Source: Promethearchaeota archaeon
GTDB taxonomy: Archaea; Asgardarchaeota; Heimdallarchaeia; Hodarchaeales; Hodarchaeaceae
Assembly (NCBI GenBank): GCA_048938105.1
Contig: JBHLMN010000016.1
Coordinates: 83,199-147,198, forward strand
Direction: 5' to 3'
Length of the DNA: 64,000 bases
Positions 49,669 to 60,191 of this stretch are shown piece after piece. Position 1 is the stretch's first letter. Each line of letters begins with the position of its first letter. Both the position numbers and the translations under genes were made by a program. A model generated the notes under the pieces. The model searched no databases and had not been told where the DNA came from. It saw only the letters and a program-made list of their open reading frames with translations.

Positions 49669-50289
49669 TTAAGAATTATTCTGAAATAAGATGGAACCCA
49701 TAATTTGATTATACACCTTTAAAATTTCAGTGCCTAAGAGTTGAAAGGTCTTATCTACGTTAATATTTTCCTTAGCAGAAGTCTCGATATAATGGATAGT
49801 AAAACAATTTTTTTTTTGGACATGTTTTGTTAATTCTATTGCATAATCAATACCAAGTTGAGGTGATAATTTACCTTGAACCTCAGGATTACTTCGGAGA
49901 TCACATTTTGCACCAACAATCAAAAGGGGTCGAAATCCCTCACCATTTAGTTTCCAATAAGAATTAATCCATTTTGAGAGATTTATATAGGAATTTTGAT
50001 TTGTAATATCAAAAAAACAAAGCGCGCCAATAGCTCCACGATAATAGAGATCACTTACAACTTTAAACCGAGGCTGTCCTGCAAGATCCCAAATTTGAAA
50101 TTTTATTGTGAAATAAGTTTTTGTGGAAGAATTAAAAATAAAAATTTCTTTAGAAGCAAAGTCAGCTCCAAGAGTCATCATGTATTGGGTCTGGAAGGTT
50201 TCACCTAGCCAAGCTCGACGAAAAGAACTTTTACCAACGCCTCCATCACCAATCAATAATATTTTAGCTCTAAGGGTAGACCTTGGCAT
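49669..50289 (-). CDS. Rab-like small GTPase (eukaryotic signature protein)
   Basis: G1 GDGGVGKS, G2 TLGADF, G3 WDLAGQ, YYRGA, G4 AKCD, G5 ETSAK. Confidence 0.93.
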   Translation of the reverse strand: MPRSTLRAKILLIGDGGVGKSSFRRAWLGETFQTQYMMTLGADFASKEIFIFNSSTKTYFTIKFQIWDLAGQPRFKVVSDLYYRGAIGALCFFDITNQNSYINLSKWINSYWKLNGEGFRPLLIVGAKCDLRSNPEVQGKLSPQLGIDYAIELTKHVQKKNCFTIHYIETSAKENINVDKTFQLLGTEILKVYNQIMGSILFQNNS

Positions 50290-50529
50290 TGTTCCTCATA
50301 CTCTTGGAAAAATAGTCGATCAACTTCAAAAATCGCAATGTTAATCCATTATCTCTCGTTTTCCGTGACATAATGAAATATTTAAGATTTATCATTCGAA
50401 AATTAGAAATCAGTCAAACCAACAATCTTCTGTTGGATATAGAATTTCCCTCTCATGCCCAAAGCCAAGGAATGATACTAGAATAACTAAATAATTAAAA
50501 GTGATGGAATATTGCCCTCCTTAGCCTAT

Positions 50530-51426
50530 CTATGATCTAATTAAACCATATACAAGAGAATGACTTGAATCATCAAGGATCTTAATTGAGAAACCAGAGG
50601 ACTCAATTAGTTCATGAAGAATAGGTTGCGAAACAAAGTATAGAATGTGCCGATAGATTTCTCTCGTTTCTAAATTATAACCACGGGAAAACGTATTGTA
50701 ACACATATAAGTCACAGATTGGGCCCCATATTCTGTTTTTATAGCAGGAAATTCATAATATTCTGCAGCTATTACTCCCATTCCTAACTCTAAGAGTAGT
50801 TCCCCCTCGTGACCACTCCATCGGTTAAGAGAAGTAGGTAATTGTTTTTGAATTTTATAGGTGGAAAATAAGAATATCCCATTTTCCGTCAGCTGATTTT
50901 GGACTGCTTCAAATAAAACATCTAAAGTACTAAACGAAAAACTTGGGAAGGTATTCATCGGGAGAAGAATGACATCAAAAGAAGTCTCATCAAACGCAGA
51001 GGTGGTTAAAAAATCCTCAAAAATCATATCACAATGCTTGAGAGAAGGATATTCACTTCGATAAAGATGGAAAAAAGGCTCAAAATGCGTACAAATATCA
51101 ATCCCTTGAAAATTCATCGAATCATGATGCCATTTTTTGCCTTCTATGAGTTTTCTTAAGACTCTTCCATAACCCGCACCGATTTCTAAGATAGTAGAAG
51201 GATTCTGTTGGAAAACGAATGGAAGTTCAGGATCCTCTCGTATTGCATGATTATTCCTTCTCCGCCAGAATACTTTTGCCCAAGTCTCGGTCTCATGAAA
51301 ATTAAACTTAATGTCACTTATCCTATCACGAGGGAGGAGAAATTGTATTTTCTGAAGCTCTTCATACTCCTCTTGAATAGTATCTGAATGCATAAGGAAT
51401 GACACCACCCAATTACGAATTTTCAT
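50530..51426 (-). CDS. Class I SAM-dependent methyltransferase
   Basis: ILEIGAGYGR, GIDI, FDVI, L..NGIF. Confidence 0.85.
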   Translation of the reverse strand: MKIRNWVVSFLMHSDTIQEEYEELQKIQFLLPRDRISDIKFNFHETETWAKVFWRRRNNHAIREDPELPFVFQQNPSTILEIGAGYGRVLRKLIEGKKWHHDSMNFQGIDICTHFEPFFHLYRSEYPSLKHCDMIFEDFLTTSAFDETSFDVILLPMNTFPSFSFSTLDVLFEAVQNQLTENGIFLFSTYKIQKQLPTSLNRWSGHEGELLLELGMGVIAAEYYEFPAIKTEYGAQSVTYMCYNTFSRGYNLETREIYRHILYFVSQPILHELIESSGFSIKILDDSSHSLVYGLIRS

Positions 51427-51475
51427 CTATAAGTTTAAGTTATTGTTTCCAGATGTAAATTACCAAGATAACATC

Positions 51476-52105
51476 TCAAGCATTTGACGAAGGTTTTTGC
51501 TTTTGAGTGAACTCAAAGAGCTTCAGACGATCTAGAAAGAAAAAAGTTTGGTAATCAGACTGCACTTCCCTTCCTATAGAAATTTCTCTCATTGAACCAA
51601 TTTTAATTGTAGAAAGTTGATGATCAAACAAATTATTAGAATATTTCTCTAAATCTCGGGAAGTGCACGAAATTACTAATAATGGAGAGTTCTTAAGATT
51701 ATGGATTACAAAATCAAATATCCGTTCATAATTCCCCTCACCTGCATATTTTATTAAAACAACTTCTGGCTTGAAATTAATTACTTCTTCTTTTGAAGCC
51801 TCAATGGATTGATCAATAATTTTTAGTCGATCAGAAGTAAGTGCTTCCTCAAAATAAGGGATTTGATAATTAGGAATCTCTGTTTGATAATCCTTCCAAG
51901 AAGCATCAAAAAGTAACCAATTACCACCTAATAAATAAGGAGTAAGTACATCTAAACCACAAAACGGGTAAATTCCATTAAAAAGTTCACCGAAACTATT
52001 TCTTAGAATAATAGAACAAAGAAAACACAATCTTTCCGAATATACCCTTAAATCGTGTCTGTTTTTGATTTTCTTACCAAGATCAACAATCTCACCAATA
52101 ACCAT
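51476..52105 (-). CDS. Hypothetical protein
   Basis: 209-aa ORF; YPFCGLD may be a degenerate methyltransferase motif I. Confidence 0.6.
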   Translation of the reverse strand: MVIGEIVDLGKKIKNRHDLRVYSERLCFLCSIILRNSFGELFNGIYPFCGLDVLTPYLLGGNWLLFDASWKDYQTEIPNYQIPYFEEALTSDRLKIIDQSIEASKEEVINFKPEVVLIKYAGEGNYERIFDFVIHNLKNSPLLVISCTSRDLEKYSNNLFDHQLSTIKIGSMREISIGREVQSDYQTFFFLDRLKLFEFTQKQKPSSNA

Positions 52106-52420
52106 CTCAATTTCATCAATTGAAATCTATATCACCTTTGTAGAAAAGATAAATGTAAGAATCTATATAAAATCAATGCGAGGATTCTAAAATCCCTCTA
52201 ATTGAAGCTGTTGACTCCTATAACTAATTGACATAAGAATCCTCTTAAAGAACTTTAATTCCATATTTTTTTGTAATTTAGTTCGTGTGTTGATGAACAG
52301 AAGACTGTGAATCACGATTTGGTCAGGAAATCAAAACCTTAAATATAGTGGACTTCACACTTTTCAAAAACTAAACCTCTAATAACCTTTTATTAAAAGA
52401 AGAATATATTATGAATACTT

Positions 52421-52822
52421 ATGTTTAAATTATACGAGGTAGTAAAAATGAAGGACATTGCTATTATATTAGAAAACAGGCCTGGTACTCTTGCTAATTT
52501 AGGAGAAACTCTAGGCAAGGCTAAAATTAATATTGAAGGCCTCTGCGGAGCCGTGTGTGAAGGAGAAGACTTAATACACATTTTGGTAGAAGAACCTAGA
52601 AAAGCCTACAATGTACTTAAGCAAGCTGGGTTTAAGATAAAAGAAGAACGAGAAGTGCTTGTCCTTGATATCAAAGAAATCGTGAAAAAACCTGGTTCTG
52701 GTGGAAATTTATTCCGTAAATTAGCCCTTGAAGGTATAAATATTGATTTAATTTACTTAGCTGAAGATAATAGAATAGTTATTGGAGTAGATGACCTAAA
52801 GAAGGCCAAAGCTATCTTTTAA
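52421..52822 (+). CDS. Tandem ACT-domain protein
   Basis: LENRPGTLANL..LGKAKINI and KKPG...GINIDLIY. Confidence 0.9.
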   Translation: MFKLYEVVKMKDIAIILENRPGTLANLGETLGKAKINIEGLCGAVCEGEDLIHILVEEPRKAYNVLKQAGFKIKEEREVLVLDIKEIVKKPGSGGNLFRKLALEGINIDLIYLAEDNRIVIGVDDLKKAKAIF

Positions 52823-53111
52823 CTCGAAAACCCCGTCTCAACTAGAATACCAAGTATTGGCAATATTGAGTAATGGAAGCACTACACCATCCAGCACTGA
52901 TGAACAATTAGATAAAAAAACAGAGAGTATCTTAGAGTAAATCATGCTGTATAAAATAATTATCAAGAAAAAGGATTTAACATCGTCATCAATTTTTATT
53001 TAAACTTTAATCCCCTTAACGAAGATAATAAAAAGGAACTCTTTAACACATAAAATCCTATGGGATGAAGGAAATTTACTTTTCTATACCTCTAAGCGGT
53101 GAGGAGTCTAA

Positions 53112-53801
53112 ATGAGTCTACAAGACGAACCGAATTCCACGGTATTAGACTTGGAGAAGGAACTAAGTCATTATTGGTTTTGTCCCAATGATAGAAATAT
53201 GCTCCAGATTCATTATACGAAGCAAAGTCAAAACCCTTACTTCGTGATTGATAGGAAGAACATAGCAATTGGGATTCAGAATGCAATTGCCATGAGAAAA
53301 ATAACCCCAGAGGCTGAAGAGCAGACACTTGAACTCGTGAACTTCATCTTTGAAAAGGATCCAGCTAAAGAGATAATAGATCTCGTAGGAGTCTATTGTA
53401 ACAGCTGTGGGAAAATATATTCAGCGCCAAAACTCAGTAAGATTGAAGATGGTGATTATTCCAAGGATAGGGCCCGAGCGATATTTGAGAGTACACGAGC
53501 ACTAGAAACAAAAAATTTCGGCCCCTTCCGAGTTGTGGACCATTTTGGGATAGCTAGATATGCCCGAGGGGATCAAGGGAGCACGAGAACAGGTTTTTTC
53601 TGGCTATGGATCTTGGGTATCCGAACAATACTCATGATGATTTTACTCTATTATATTCTTGGATTAGAAGTAAAGATCGGAAAAAGGTGGTTGCCAATAG
53701 GCCCAGTTATGTTTATTGGCGGATTGATAGCCCTAATTTTCATTGGTTTCTATTATGATATCTTTGGTGCTATAGGGGATATGTTTGGTGGGATTTATTA
53801 A
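53112..53801 (+). CDS. Hypothetical protein with Zn-binding motifs and C-terminal TM helices
   Basis: CPND...CNSC; hydrophobic C-terminus; SD GAGGAG. Confidence 0.7.
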   Translation: MSLQDEPNSTVLDLEKELSHYWFCPNDRNMLQIHYTKQSQNPYFVIDRKNIAIGIQNAIAMRKITPEAEEQTLELVNFIFEKDPAKEIIDLVGVYCNSCGKIYSAPKLSKIEDGDYSKDRARAIFESTRALETKNFGPFRVVDHFGIARYARGDQGSTRTGFFWLWILGIRTILMMILLYYILGLEVKIGKRWLPIGPVMFIGGLIALIFIGFYYDIFGAIGDMFGGIY

Positions 53802-53879
53802 ATAATACTAAATTTTAGTAGATATTCTTCCATTTAAATCTCCCCAATCCACGTCCATTTGTTTCCTCCGAAAAGCAAG

Positions 53880-53903
53880 AACAGCGTATAGACATCAGAC
53901 TGA
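53880..53903 (+). repeat. Dispersed intergenic repeat, copy A (partial)
   Basis: AACAGCGTATAGACATCAGACTGA matches the 5' part of copies B-D. Confidence 0.55.
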
Positions 53904-54114
53904 ACGCCCTGAAACCGAATCTCCTCGGAGAATTTGTTTTATTTTCGGAAAAAAGATGAATTACAGGATCATTAATTCAAAATTAGATACTTTCATAATA
54001 ATGATTATTTTAAGTAAAACAATCCTATTGCCAATATGTTGGAAAAGTGTACCTTTCTATTAAGAAGTATTTTCAGTTTTCAATAAAATTATATAGGATA
54101 TAATTAGTGAATAA

Positions 54115-54798
54115 TTGGAAATAGAGATGGGAAGACCTTCATTATTGCCTAAGAAGAATTACTATTTAGCTTTTGTACATATAGGATTGATCTCTATCTT
54201 CTTTCTCACATGTGTGGTTGTACCAGCGTTCAGACTCCTCCCTTTTTTCGAATGGAAGATATTTGAGGTTAATAACACATTCATGGAAATTAAACAGTGG
54301 ACTACTAGATGTTATTTTGATGGAATAACTCGTTCTACAACTTATTCCAATGAATTCTATGCTGATACTTTTCACGAATACTCGTTCAAGGAACTAAAAA
54401 GAGATTACACAATATACGAGATTTTCCCCAAATTGTCTGGAGAATACCTAGAGGTTCTGACACTGTCAGGGATGGGGATGATTTTGCTAGGAACGATTAT
54501 TTTTGGATTAAAACTTGGATTGAATTATTACTTATGGCAATCCAAAAAACAAATTCATTCGTGGCTATATCATGGCAGTTCAATAGTTGCTATTCTCGTA
54601 ATTGTAATACATTGGACTCTCTTAATTCTAGCGTTTGTAGGAAATCCAACCCACACATACCTAGATTACTCCACAATGAGTTTCATTGTCCCTCCAACAC
54701 CAAATCTTGTACTGGTTTTTTTAATGGCCGTGGGGATAGTTAGTTTAGTGATCTCAGATCATATTGAATCGATTCAAACACATCTCAAGAAAACTTAA
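54115..54798 (+). CDS. Four-TM membrane protein
   Basis: Four hydrophobic segments with a large first loop. Confidence 0.7.
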   Translation: MEIEMGRPSLLPKKNYYLAFVHIGLISIFFLTCVVVPAFRLLPFFEWKIFEVNNTFMEIKQWTTRCYFDGITRSTTYSNEFYADTFHEYSFKELKRDYTIYEIFPKLSGEYLEVLTLSGMGMILLGTIIFGLKLGLNYYLWQSKKQIHSWLYHGSSIVAILVIVIHWTLLILAFVGNPTHTYLDYSTMSFIVPPTPNLVLVFLMAVGIVSLVISDHIESIQTHLKKT

Positions 54799-54965
54799 AA
54801 AAAAAGGGTTTTCCTGAAATGGATCGGAATCTATGGGCGTAATTATCATTATGAATAAGTCTCAGTCGAAAGAAATTCAATATTAACTATACTCGCGCCT
54901 TCGATATTCGCCAGTTCGTTTGACTCCAATTTAAAATATATGTACTGTCAAGATTTTAATACTCC

Positions 54966-56417
54966 TTGAGAGCTAGAGATCTTTCAAAGAAGGAAATCAC
55001 AATGGTTCAATCAGGAAAAATAATCTGGAAGAGTGCAGCAGAACTCGCTAAAGGTATTAGAGATGGGGAATTATCGCCAGTTGAGGTCTTGGATTCGTAC
55101 CTAGACAGGATTAAGGAGATCAATCCAAAAATCAACGCAATCGTTACATTACTAGAGGATAGTGCCAAAGAAGAGGCAAAGAAGGCTGAGAAAAGGGTAA
55201 AAGAAGAAAAAAAATTAGGTGTCTTACATGGTGTTCCCGTTGTTATTAAAGATAACATACCAGTCAAAGGAGTAAGAACTACTTACGGATCCAAATTATA
55301 TGAGAACCACATGCCAGAAGAGGATATGATTCTAGTTGATAGGTTAAAGCGTGCTGGTGCAATTGTTTTAGGCAAAACAAATATGCCCGAGTTTGGTTTG
55401 ATTGGAATAACGGATAATCCCGTTTTTGGGGTTACAAAAAATCCATGGAATACGAACAAGACAACTGGAGGTTCGAGTGGGGGATCAGCAGCAGCTGTAG
55501 CTGCTGGCTTGTGTCCCATTGCAATTGGAAACGATGGTGGTGGTTCCATAAGGATTCCATCCAATTTTTGCGGTGTTTTTGGATTAAAACCGCATCTAGG
55601 GCGGATTCCACGCTATCCATCATTACCTGGGTGGGAAACAATGGCAGTCGAAGGACCCATAACTCGAACGGTCGAGGACGCTGCGCTGATGATGGACGTG
55701 ATGGCTGGACCTGATGATAGAGATTACTTATCCCTTCCATCAGCAAATGTAAACTACCGCGAAAGATTAGAAGAAGATGTTTCTGCAAAGAAATTCGCGT
55801 TTAGTCCCGATTTGGGTCAATTTGTTATTGATCTAGATGTTACAGAAGTCGTGAAGAATGCTGTTTCCTCCTTTAGTGATTTGGGTTACGAAGTAGAAGA
55901 AGTAAAGTTAGATTTGGTGGATATGGGCGAGGGCTTCTTATATCAAATCATTTCTGAAACTGCTGCGGGACTCGAAACATTTAGAGAGGAATGGGAGAAA
56001 GTGATGTATCCAGCTTATACTGCTTTCATGGGATTAGAAGAGAATTTGAAAGCTGTGGATTTTGTGAAGATCCAATACAAACGCAAGGAGTTGTGGGAGC
56101 AGGTATGGAAACAGGTTTTCAAGAAATATGATTTTCTCCTGTCACCCGTTACCGCTGTTCCTGCATTCGATATAGAAATAGGAATTGGACCTTTTGAAGT
56201 AAATGAAGAATCAATTGGCCCTACTGGTTGGTTATTAACTTTTCCATTCAATTTCACTGGCCAGCCTGCAGCTTCGGTTCCATGCGGATTCACGAAAGAG
56301 AATCTTCCAGTTGGTCTTCAGATTGTAGGGAATCGCTTTGACGAACTTGGTGTGCTCCAGGCTTCGAGAGCTTTCGAAAAAGGATTACCTTGGAGAGATA
56401 AGAAACCGTCCATATAA
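54966..56417 (+). CDS. Amidase signature family enzyme
   Basis: IKDNI, GKTNMPEFG, GGSSGGSAAAVA, DGGGSIRIP. Confidence 0.95.
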   Translation: MRARDLSKKEITMVQSGKIIWKSAAELAKGIRDGELSPVEVLDSYLDRIKEINPKINAIVTLLEDSAKEEAKKAEKRVKEEKKLGVLHGVPVVIKDNIPVKGVRTTYGSKLYENHMPEEDMILVDRLKRAGAIVLGKTNMPEFGLIGITDNPVFGVTKNPWNTNKTTGGSSGGSAAAVAAGLCPIAIGNDGGGSIRIPSNFCGVFGLKPHLGRIPRYPSLPGWETMAVEGPITRTVEDAALMMDVMAGPDDRDYLSLPSANVNYRERLEEDVSAKKFAFSPDLGQFVIDLDVTEVVKNAVSSFSDLGYEVEEVKLDLVDMGEGFLYQIISETAAGLETFREEWEKVMYPAYTAFMGLEENLKAVDFVKIQYKRKELWEQVWKQVFKKYDFLLSPVTAVPAFDIEIGIGPFEVNEESIGPTGWLLTFPFNFTGQPAASVPCGFTKENLPVGLQIVGNRFDELGVLQASRAFEKGLPWRDKKPSI

Positions 56418-56565
56418 ACAAATAATCTTTTGTGAAGACGATTTTCACTATATCAATATGCTACATATGGGTTAAGTATAAAGCTTTTAACTTAAAAAGA
56501 ATTTATGTGAGGGGATGAAATGTAAAATGGGGTCTGGCTAGAGTAGACGAATAGGGGTTATCATT

Positions 56566-56988
56566 ATGAGTTGGAGAGAATTCGATAAAACCTTAAATAA
56601 GTTATTTGAGTCATTCCAAAAAGAAACAAAGGCAAGTAAAGAAATTAGTGAGTCCAATGATCTAAATCAAGCCACATCACGTTTTACTAAATGGTTGGAA
56701 GAGCATATTCAAGAGTGCCGCATAGAGGAAGAATTTCCTAGAATTCGGTTAATTTGTATCAAATGCGGAGAGAAAATCACAGATGATCGTTTTGTAGTGA
56801 TTCTTCACCCTGATTTCCCTGTGGATTATTCAAAGTCATTTTATCTCCACTCGAAAGGAAAATGCACCCCACGATGGGATCTGATTCGGTCCACACGGGA
56901 AAAATGGCTGAGGGAACATGATAAAACCTATCAAGAACGCGAAAGGAAGAGAAAGGCGTTAATAGAGGCGTTACTTTCCCATTTTTAG
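56566..56988 (+). CDS. Hypothetical protein with CxxC...HxxxxC motif
   Basis: 140-aa ORF with CIKC and HSKGKC. Confidence 0.65.
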   Translation: MSWREFDKTLNKLFESFQKETKASKEISESNDLNQATSRFTKWLEEHIQECRIEEEFPRIRLICIKCGEKITDDRFVVILHPDFPVDYSKSFYLHSKGKCTPRWDLIRSTREKWLREHDKTYQERERKRKALIEALLSHF

Positions 56989-57040
56989 TTTAACAACAAA
57001 TAGTGGGGGATTGTAGTGATCACTCTAATTTCCAAAAATA

Positions 57041-57133
57041 CAAAACAACGTACAGACATCAGATCGTGAGTACTATAACTGAAGATTTACACTCCTGAAG
57101 CTCCCTGACGATAGCTTGTGGAAAAAGTTTAAT
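57041..57133 (+). repeat. Dispersed intergenic repeat, copy B
   Basis: AAACAACGTACAGACATCAGA...ATTTACACTCCTGAAGCTCCCTGACGATA. Confidence 0.8.
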
Positions 57134-57270
57134 GTTCACCCTCAATTTATTTGAAGTAATTATGTTGAAAGGGTTATAAACACTGTGAAAAAACGCTCTA
57201 ACATTTTAAAGAGTTCATTTACCTAGAAAAAACCCATGTTTCATTAGCTTTTTTTGCTTTTGGCAAAATT

Positions 57271-57666
57271 TCAAAGATTCCTTTCCAAAGAGCTGTCCAT
57301 TTTAGCAGATTGATCGGGATCAGCTTTGTATAAAGCAAATTGACACGAACCACAGAATGGTTGGAATTGAAAATATAACCTACAGTAAAACATCGGAGTC
57401 TCAATTGCATTTGGTTGTGAGACCTCCCTACGAGTACAGTAAAGACAATCAATATCGTATTGCTTTTCTAACGCATCCTGATAGGATGCTGGTTCCCCAG
57501 CAATGTAAAAAGAACAACAGGGAGGACATTTGACAGTTATTTCTTTCAACTTAAGACAAAAGCACACATTTTTCGCCTGTAATAAGTAAAGGCAATTCAG
57601 TGGATCTGCATTCCTCCTTTTCTGATTTTTCTTTGTTAATCCTATTAAATTGGTAAAGTAAGACAT
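57271..57666 (-). CDS. Cys-rich putative zinc-binding protein (start uncertain)
   Basis: At least 11 Cys, including CFC, CPPCC, CLYC, CGSC. Confidence 0.5.
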   Translation of the reverse strand: MSYFTNLIGLTKKNQKRRNADPLNCLYLLQAKNVCFCLKLKEITVKCPPCCSFYIAGEPASYQDALEKQYDIDCLYCTRREVSQPNAIETPMFYCRLYFQFQPFCGSCQFALYKADPDQSAKMDSSLERNL

Positions 57667-57853
57667 TTTCGATCACTAAATATCTGTTATAGGTAGAAGA
57701 AAGAATGAAACTGTCAAACAAATGTCGAGTTATCCCCCGTACTAACTCTTGAGAGATCATCCCGTTGAATTCTAGATATCTTCTCAACAAAGGATCTCTA
57801 GTGGATTGAACGTTCTGATCCAGAATCTTGATGACAGTCATTCTTACTTCCAA
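57551..57853 (-). CDS. Hypothetical protein overlapping the Cys-rich ORF
   Basis: 100-aa ORF divergent from the 58119 gene. Confidence 0.45.
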   Translation of the reverse strand: MEVRMTVIKILDQNVQSTRDPLLRRYLEFNGMISQELVRGITRHLFDSFILSSTYNRYLVIENVLLYQFNRINKEKSEKEECRSTELPLLITGEKCVLLS

Positions 57854-58118
57854 TACCTAATTGTCTAACTTGCTTTTATACTCAAAATTAGGTTAGATTG
57901 ATAGAAAGAGGAATTATCTAGAAATCATGAATTTTTTTATATTCTATATAATAAATTTATATTTTCTTAAGAAAATATATATAAGGAAGAGAAATTAGAA
58001 AAATCAAAATTTATAAATAATATTTAAAATTCTTTCATTATGAAACTAATTACCTCGAAAATAAAGACAATTAGAGATTTTTTTTGAGGACACCATTCTT
58101 CTAAAGGTGAGTAGTGAG

Positions 58119-59663
58119 GTGGTTGATCGCCATAGAAGGCTAAAACAATTTATTAGGATAGTTGTAGATCAGCTCCCAGCATACATCAAAGAATATCATG
58201 TGTCAGATCGAAAACTCCTTGAAAAATTTCAAAGCACACTTCAACACTTTGAAGAAGCTGACTATGATAGAGATCGCCTCTCTAAACGGTTCACCGGCTA
58301 TCGAATGGGATATAGAGACACAGAAGAATATCTAAATATACAATTTTTGTGGTTTACAATCGAATACTTCAAGGACGCAAATCAACTACTAAGAGTAGCA
58401 GAGTTTCACGGGGGAGATTTTTATAGATATTTAGTGAAATGTCTGCGTGGTGTACCCAGTACACCAGGAGTATTTCAGTTAATTCAAAAAAAAACAGCAC
58501 TAACAGATTTATCATGGGAAAAGTTACAGAATTTAGCCTCCAAACTTACAATCCCACTAACAAGTGAAGAACTCCTTGTTATTAAGACAGTGTATTCATT
58601 CATCAAAGAGGAAAGAAAAAGAAAGAAAGGACTGAGTCTCCTCAATCCAGATCACTTACGAACTCATATTGTGAGACAAATAAGTCCAAGGTGGACATAT
58701 ACACGTCTTTCCCGTTTATTTGCACACATAGATGCCCGATGGGACTTATGGTTTTATCCTCCAGCTTTTGGGATGGAACGCTATTATTGCTATTTTCAAG
58801 TCGATGAATCCACCTCATTATTCGATATTATAAATTTCAAGGATCAGGCAAACACAGCCTTAAGTACCAGTGATGTGTATCAAATTAGAGGATATCACAA
58901 CACCTTTCTTGGGAGAATAGTAACTTCAACTCAAGAGATAAAACGATTACGATCATACCTCGAAGAACATGAAAACCTCATAGTACATCAATTATCAGAA
59001 ATTACCAATACTTATACAAGTTGGTCATTAACGCAATATCGAGCAGAAAGAGGCTGGGAAAGACTCTCTAATGATGAAATGAGACGCTTGATTCAACAAT
59101 TGAATACATCCCAGACATGTGAAGAAGAAGGAGATTTTTTCCTTTCACGAGAATGTGGAAAACAATGGTTTTACAAACAAATGTCTGATCCACACAAAAT
59201 AATTGCCCTTCTTTGCAAATATTTCAAATTTTATTCATTTAATGAGCTTCCATGGCGTACACCACGAGATCTGTTAAGGTTCACCCATGAAGAATTATAT
59301 CTTTTAAAGGAGTTATATCGTCAAAAAGTAGCTCATGTTGGGTTCCAAGTAAGACGATTAATAGATGAGTTCGCGATTGACACCTATTGGGTAAGTCTGC
59401 CAAAACGACCAATTGAACAGCTCTCCTGCCTACTAAGATATCTTCCTTTTTGTCAAATCTACTACACAAAAATACATGTCCATCTATGGACTCGATTACC
59501 TGCTGATTTTGCCCATCAGCTTAGAACCATTCCAGAATGGACAGTTGTTCCAATAATTCAAAACCATCAACCACAAAATCTTGAGGATGATTGGTATGAT
59601 CCTATAACATATGAATGGAAGACTCCCATATTGCTAGAGAATCATGGCGAGGATCTAGGATAA
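58119..59663 (+). CDS. ~515-aa putative Lrp/AsnC-like protein, paralogue 2
   Basis: Shares blocks with 41890-43434 (LQHxEEAD, VAxFHxxDFY, PLTS, ARWxLxFYPPAF, IYYT) and the same AAAGGTGAGTAGTGAG leader. Confidence 0.75.
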   Translation: MVDRHRRLKQFIRIVVDQLPAYIKEYHVSDRKLLEKFQSTLQHFEEADYDRDRLSKRFTGYRMGYRDTEEYLNIQFLWFTIEYFKDANQLLRVAEFHGGDFYRYLVKCLRGVPSTPGVFQLIQKKTALTDLSWEKLQNLASKLTIPLTSEELLVIKTVYSFIKEERKRKKGLSLLNPDHLRTHIVRQISPRWTYTRLSRLFAHIDARWDLWFYPPAFGMERYYCYFQVDESTSLFDIINFKDQANTALSTSDVYQIRGYHNTFLGRIVTSTQEIKRLRSYLEEHENLIVHQLSEITNTYTSWSLTQYRAERGWERLSNDEMRRLIQQLNTSQTCEEEGDFFLSRECGKQWFYKQMSDPHKIIALLCKYFKFYSFNELPWRTPRDLLRFTHEELYLLKELYRQKVAHVGFQVRRLIDEFAIDTYWVSLPKRPIEQLSCLLRYLPFCQIYYTKIHVHLWTRLPADFAHQLRTIPEWTVVPIIQNHQPQNLEDDWYDPITYEWKTPILLENHGEDLG

Positions 59664-59697
59664 TAAGAGTCAGAAAAACATAACATCGGAAAAGGAT

Positions 59698-59747
59698 AAA
59701 AAAAAGTGGGAGGAACGGAGAAATTTCGATGATATCGAAATTTCGCC
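59698..59747 (-). terminator. Perfect 11-bp hairpin plus U-tract ending the second micropeptide transcript
   Basis: GAAATTTCGAT-N3-ATCGAAATTTC at 59720-59744; T8 tract on the minus strand. Confidence 0.6.
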
Positions 59748-59772
59748 TTAATATCTTAATACTTTCACAAGT

Positions 59773-59811
59773 TTAATGGCCAGGTGGATTGCCATCATTA
59801 GGGGGGGACAC
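59773..59811 (-). CDS. Micropeptide (M)SPPNDGNPPGH, GTG start
   Basis: SD GAGGT 8 nt upstream; same position and PP..PP pattern as 43538-43573. Confidence 0.5.
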   Translation of the reverse strand: MSPPNDGNPPGH

Positions 59812-60191
59812 TTCATTCAACCTCTTACTTCTCTTCTCCTACTCCTGTTTTAACAATCTAATATTTTTTGAAAATATAACAAGCGTTTTTACCTTTAAAA
59901 ATACCCAAAAAATTTCTAGAGAAATTTTGAAAGGCATGGTTTATTACGCTCATACCTAGATTAATATATTTCTATAAAAACACCCCAAAAATCCCCCACC
60001 CCTTGATAAGATAATAATAAGCACCCTAGTTTATTCTATCTTAGTTACTTGTTAGTAAATTTTCCAAGTCATTATAGGGTGATAAAGAACTACCGCTCTA
60101 CTACTAACCCAGAGGATGACTATCGTATGAAGAACTCCACAATTCGAATTGATAATCGAGATTACTTGTATGGGAAAAGTGCTGAAACACT

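Noticed and set aside
55007-56293. Several short ORFs nested in the amidase, and similar antisense ORFs in other genes
   Set aside because: Shadow ORFs of well-supported genes
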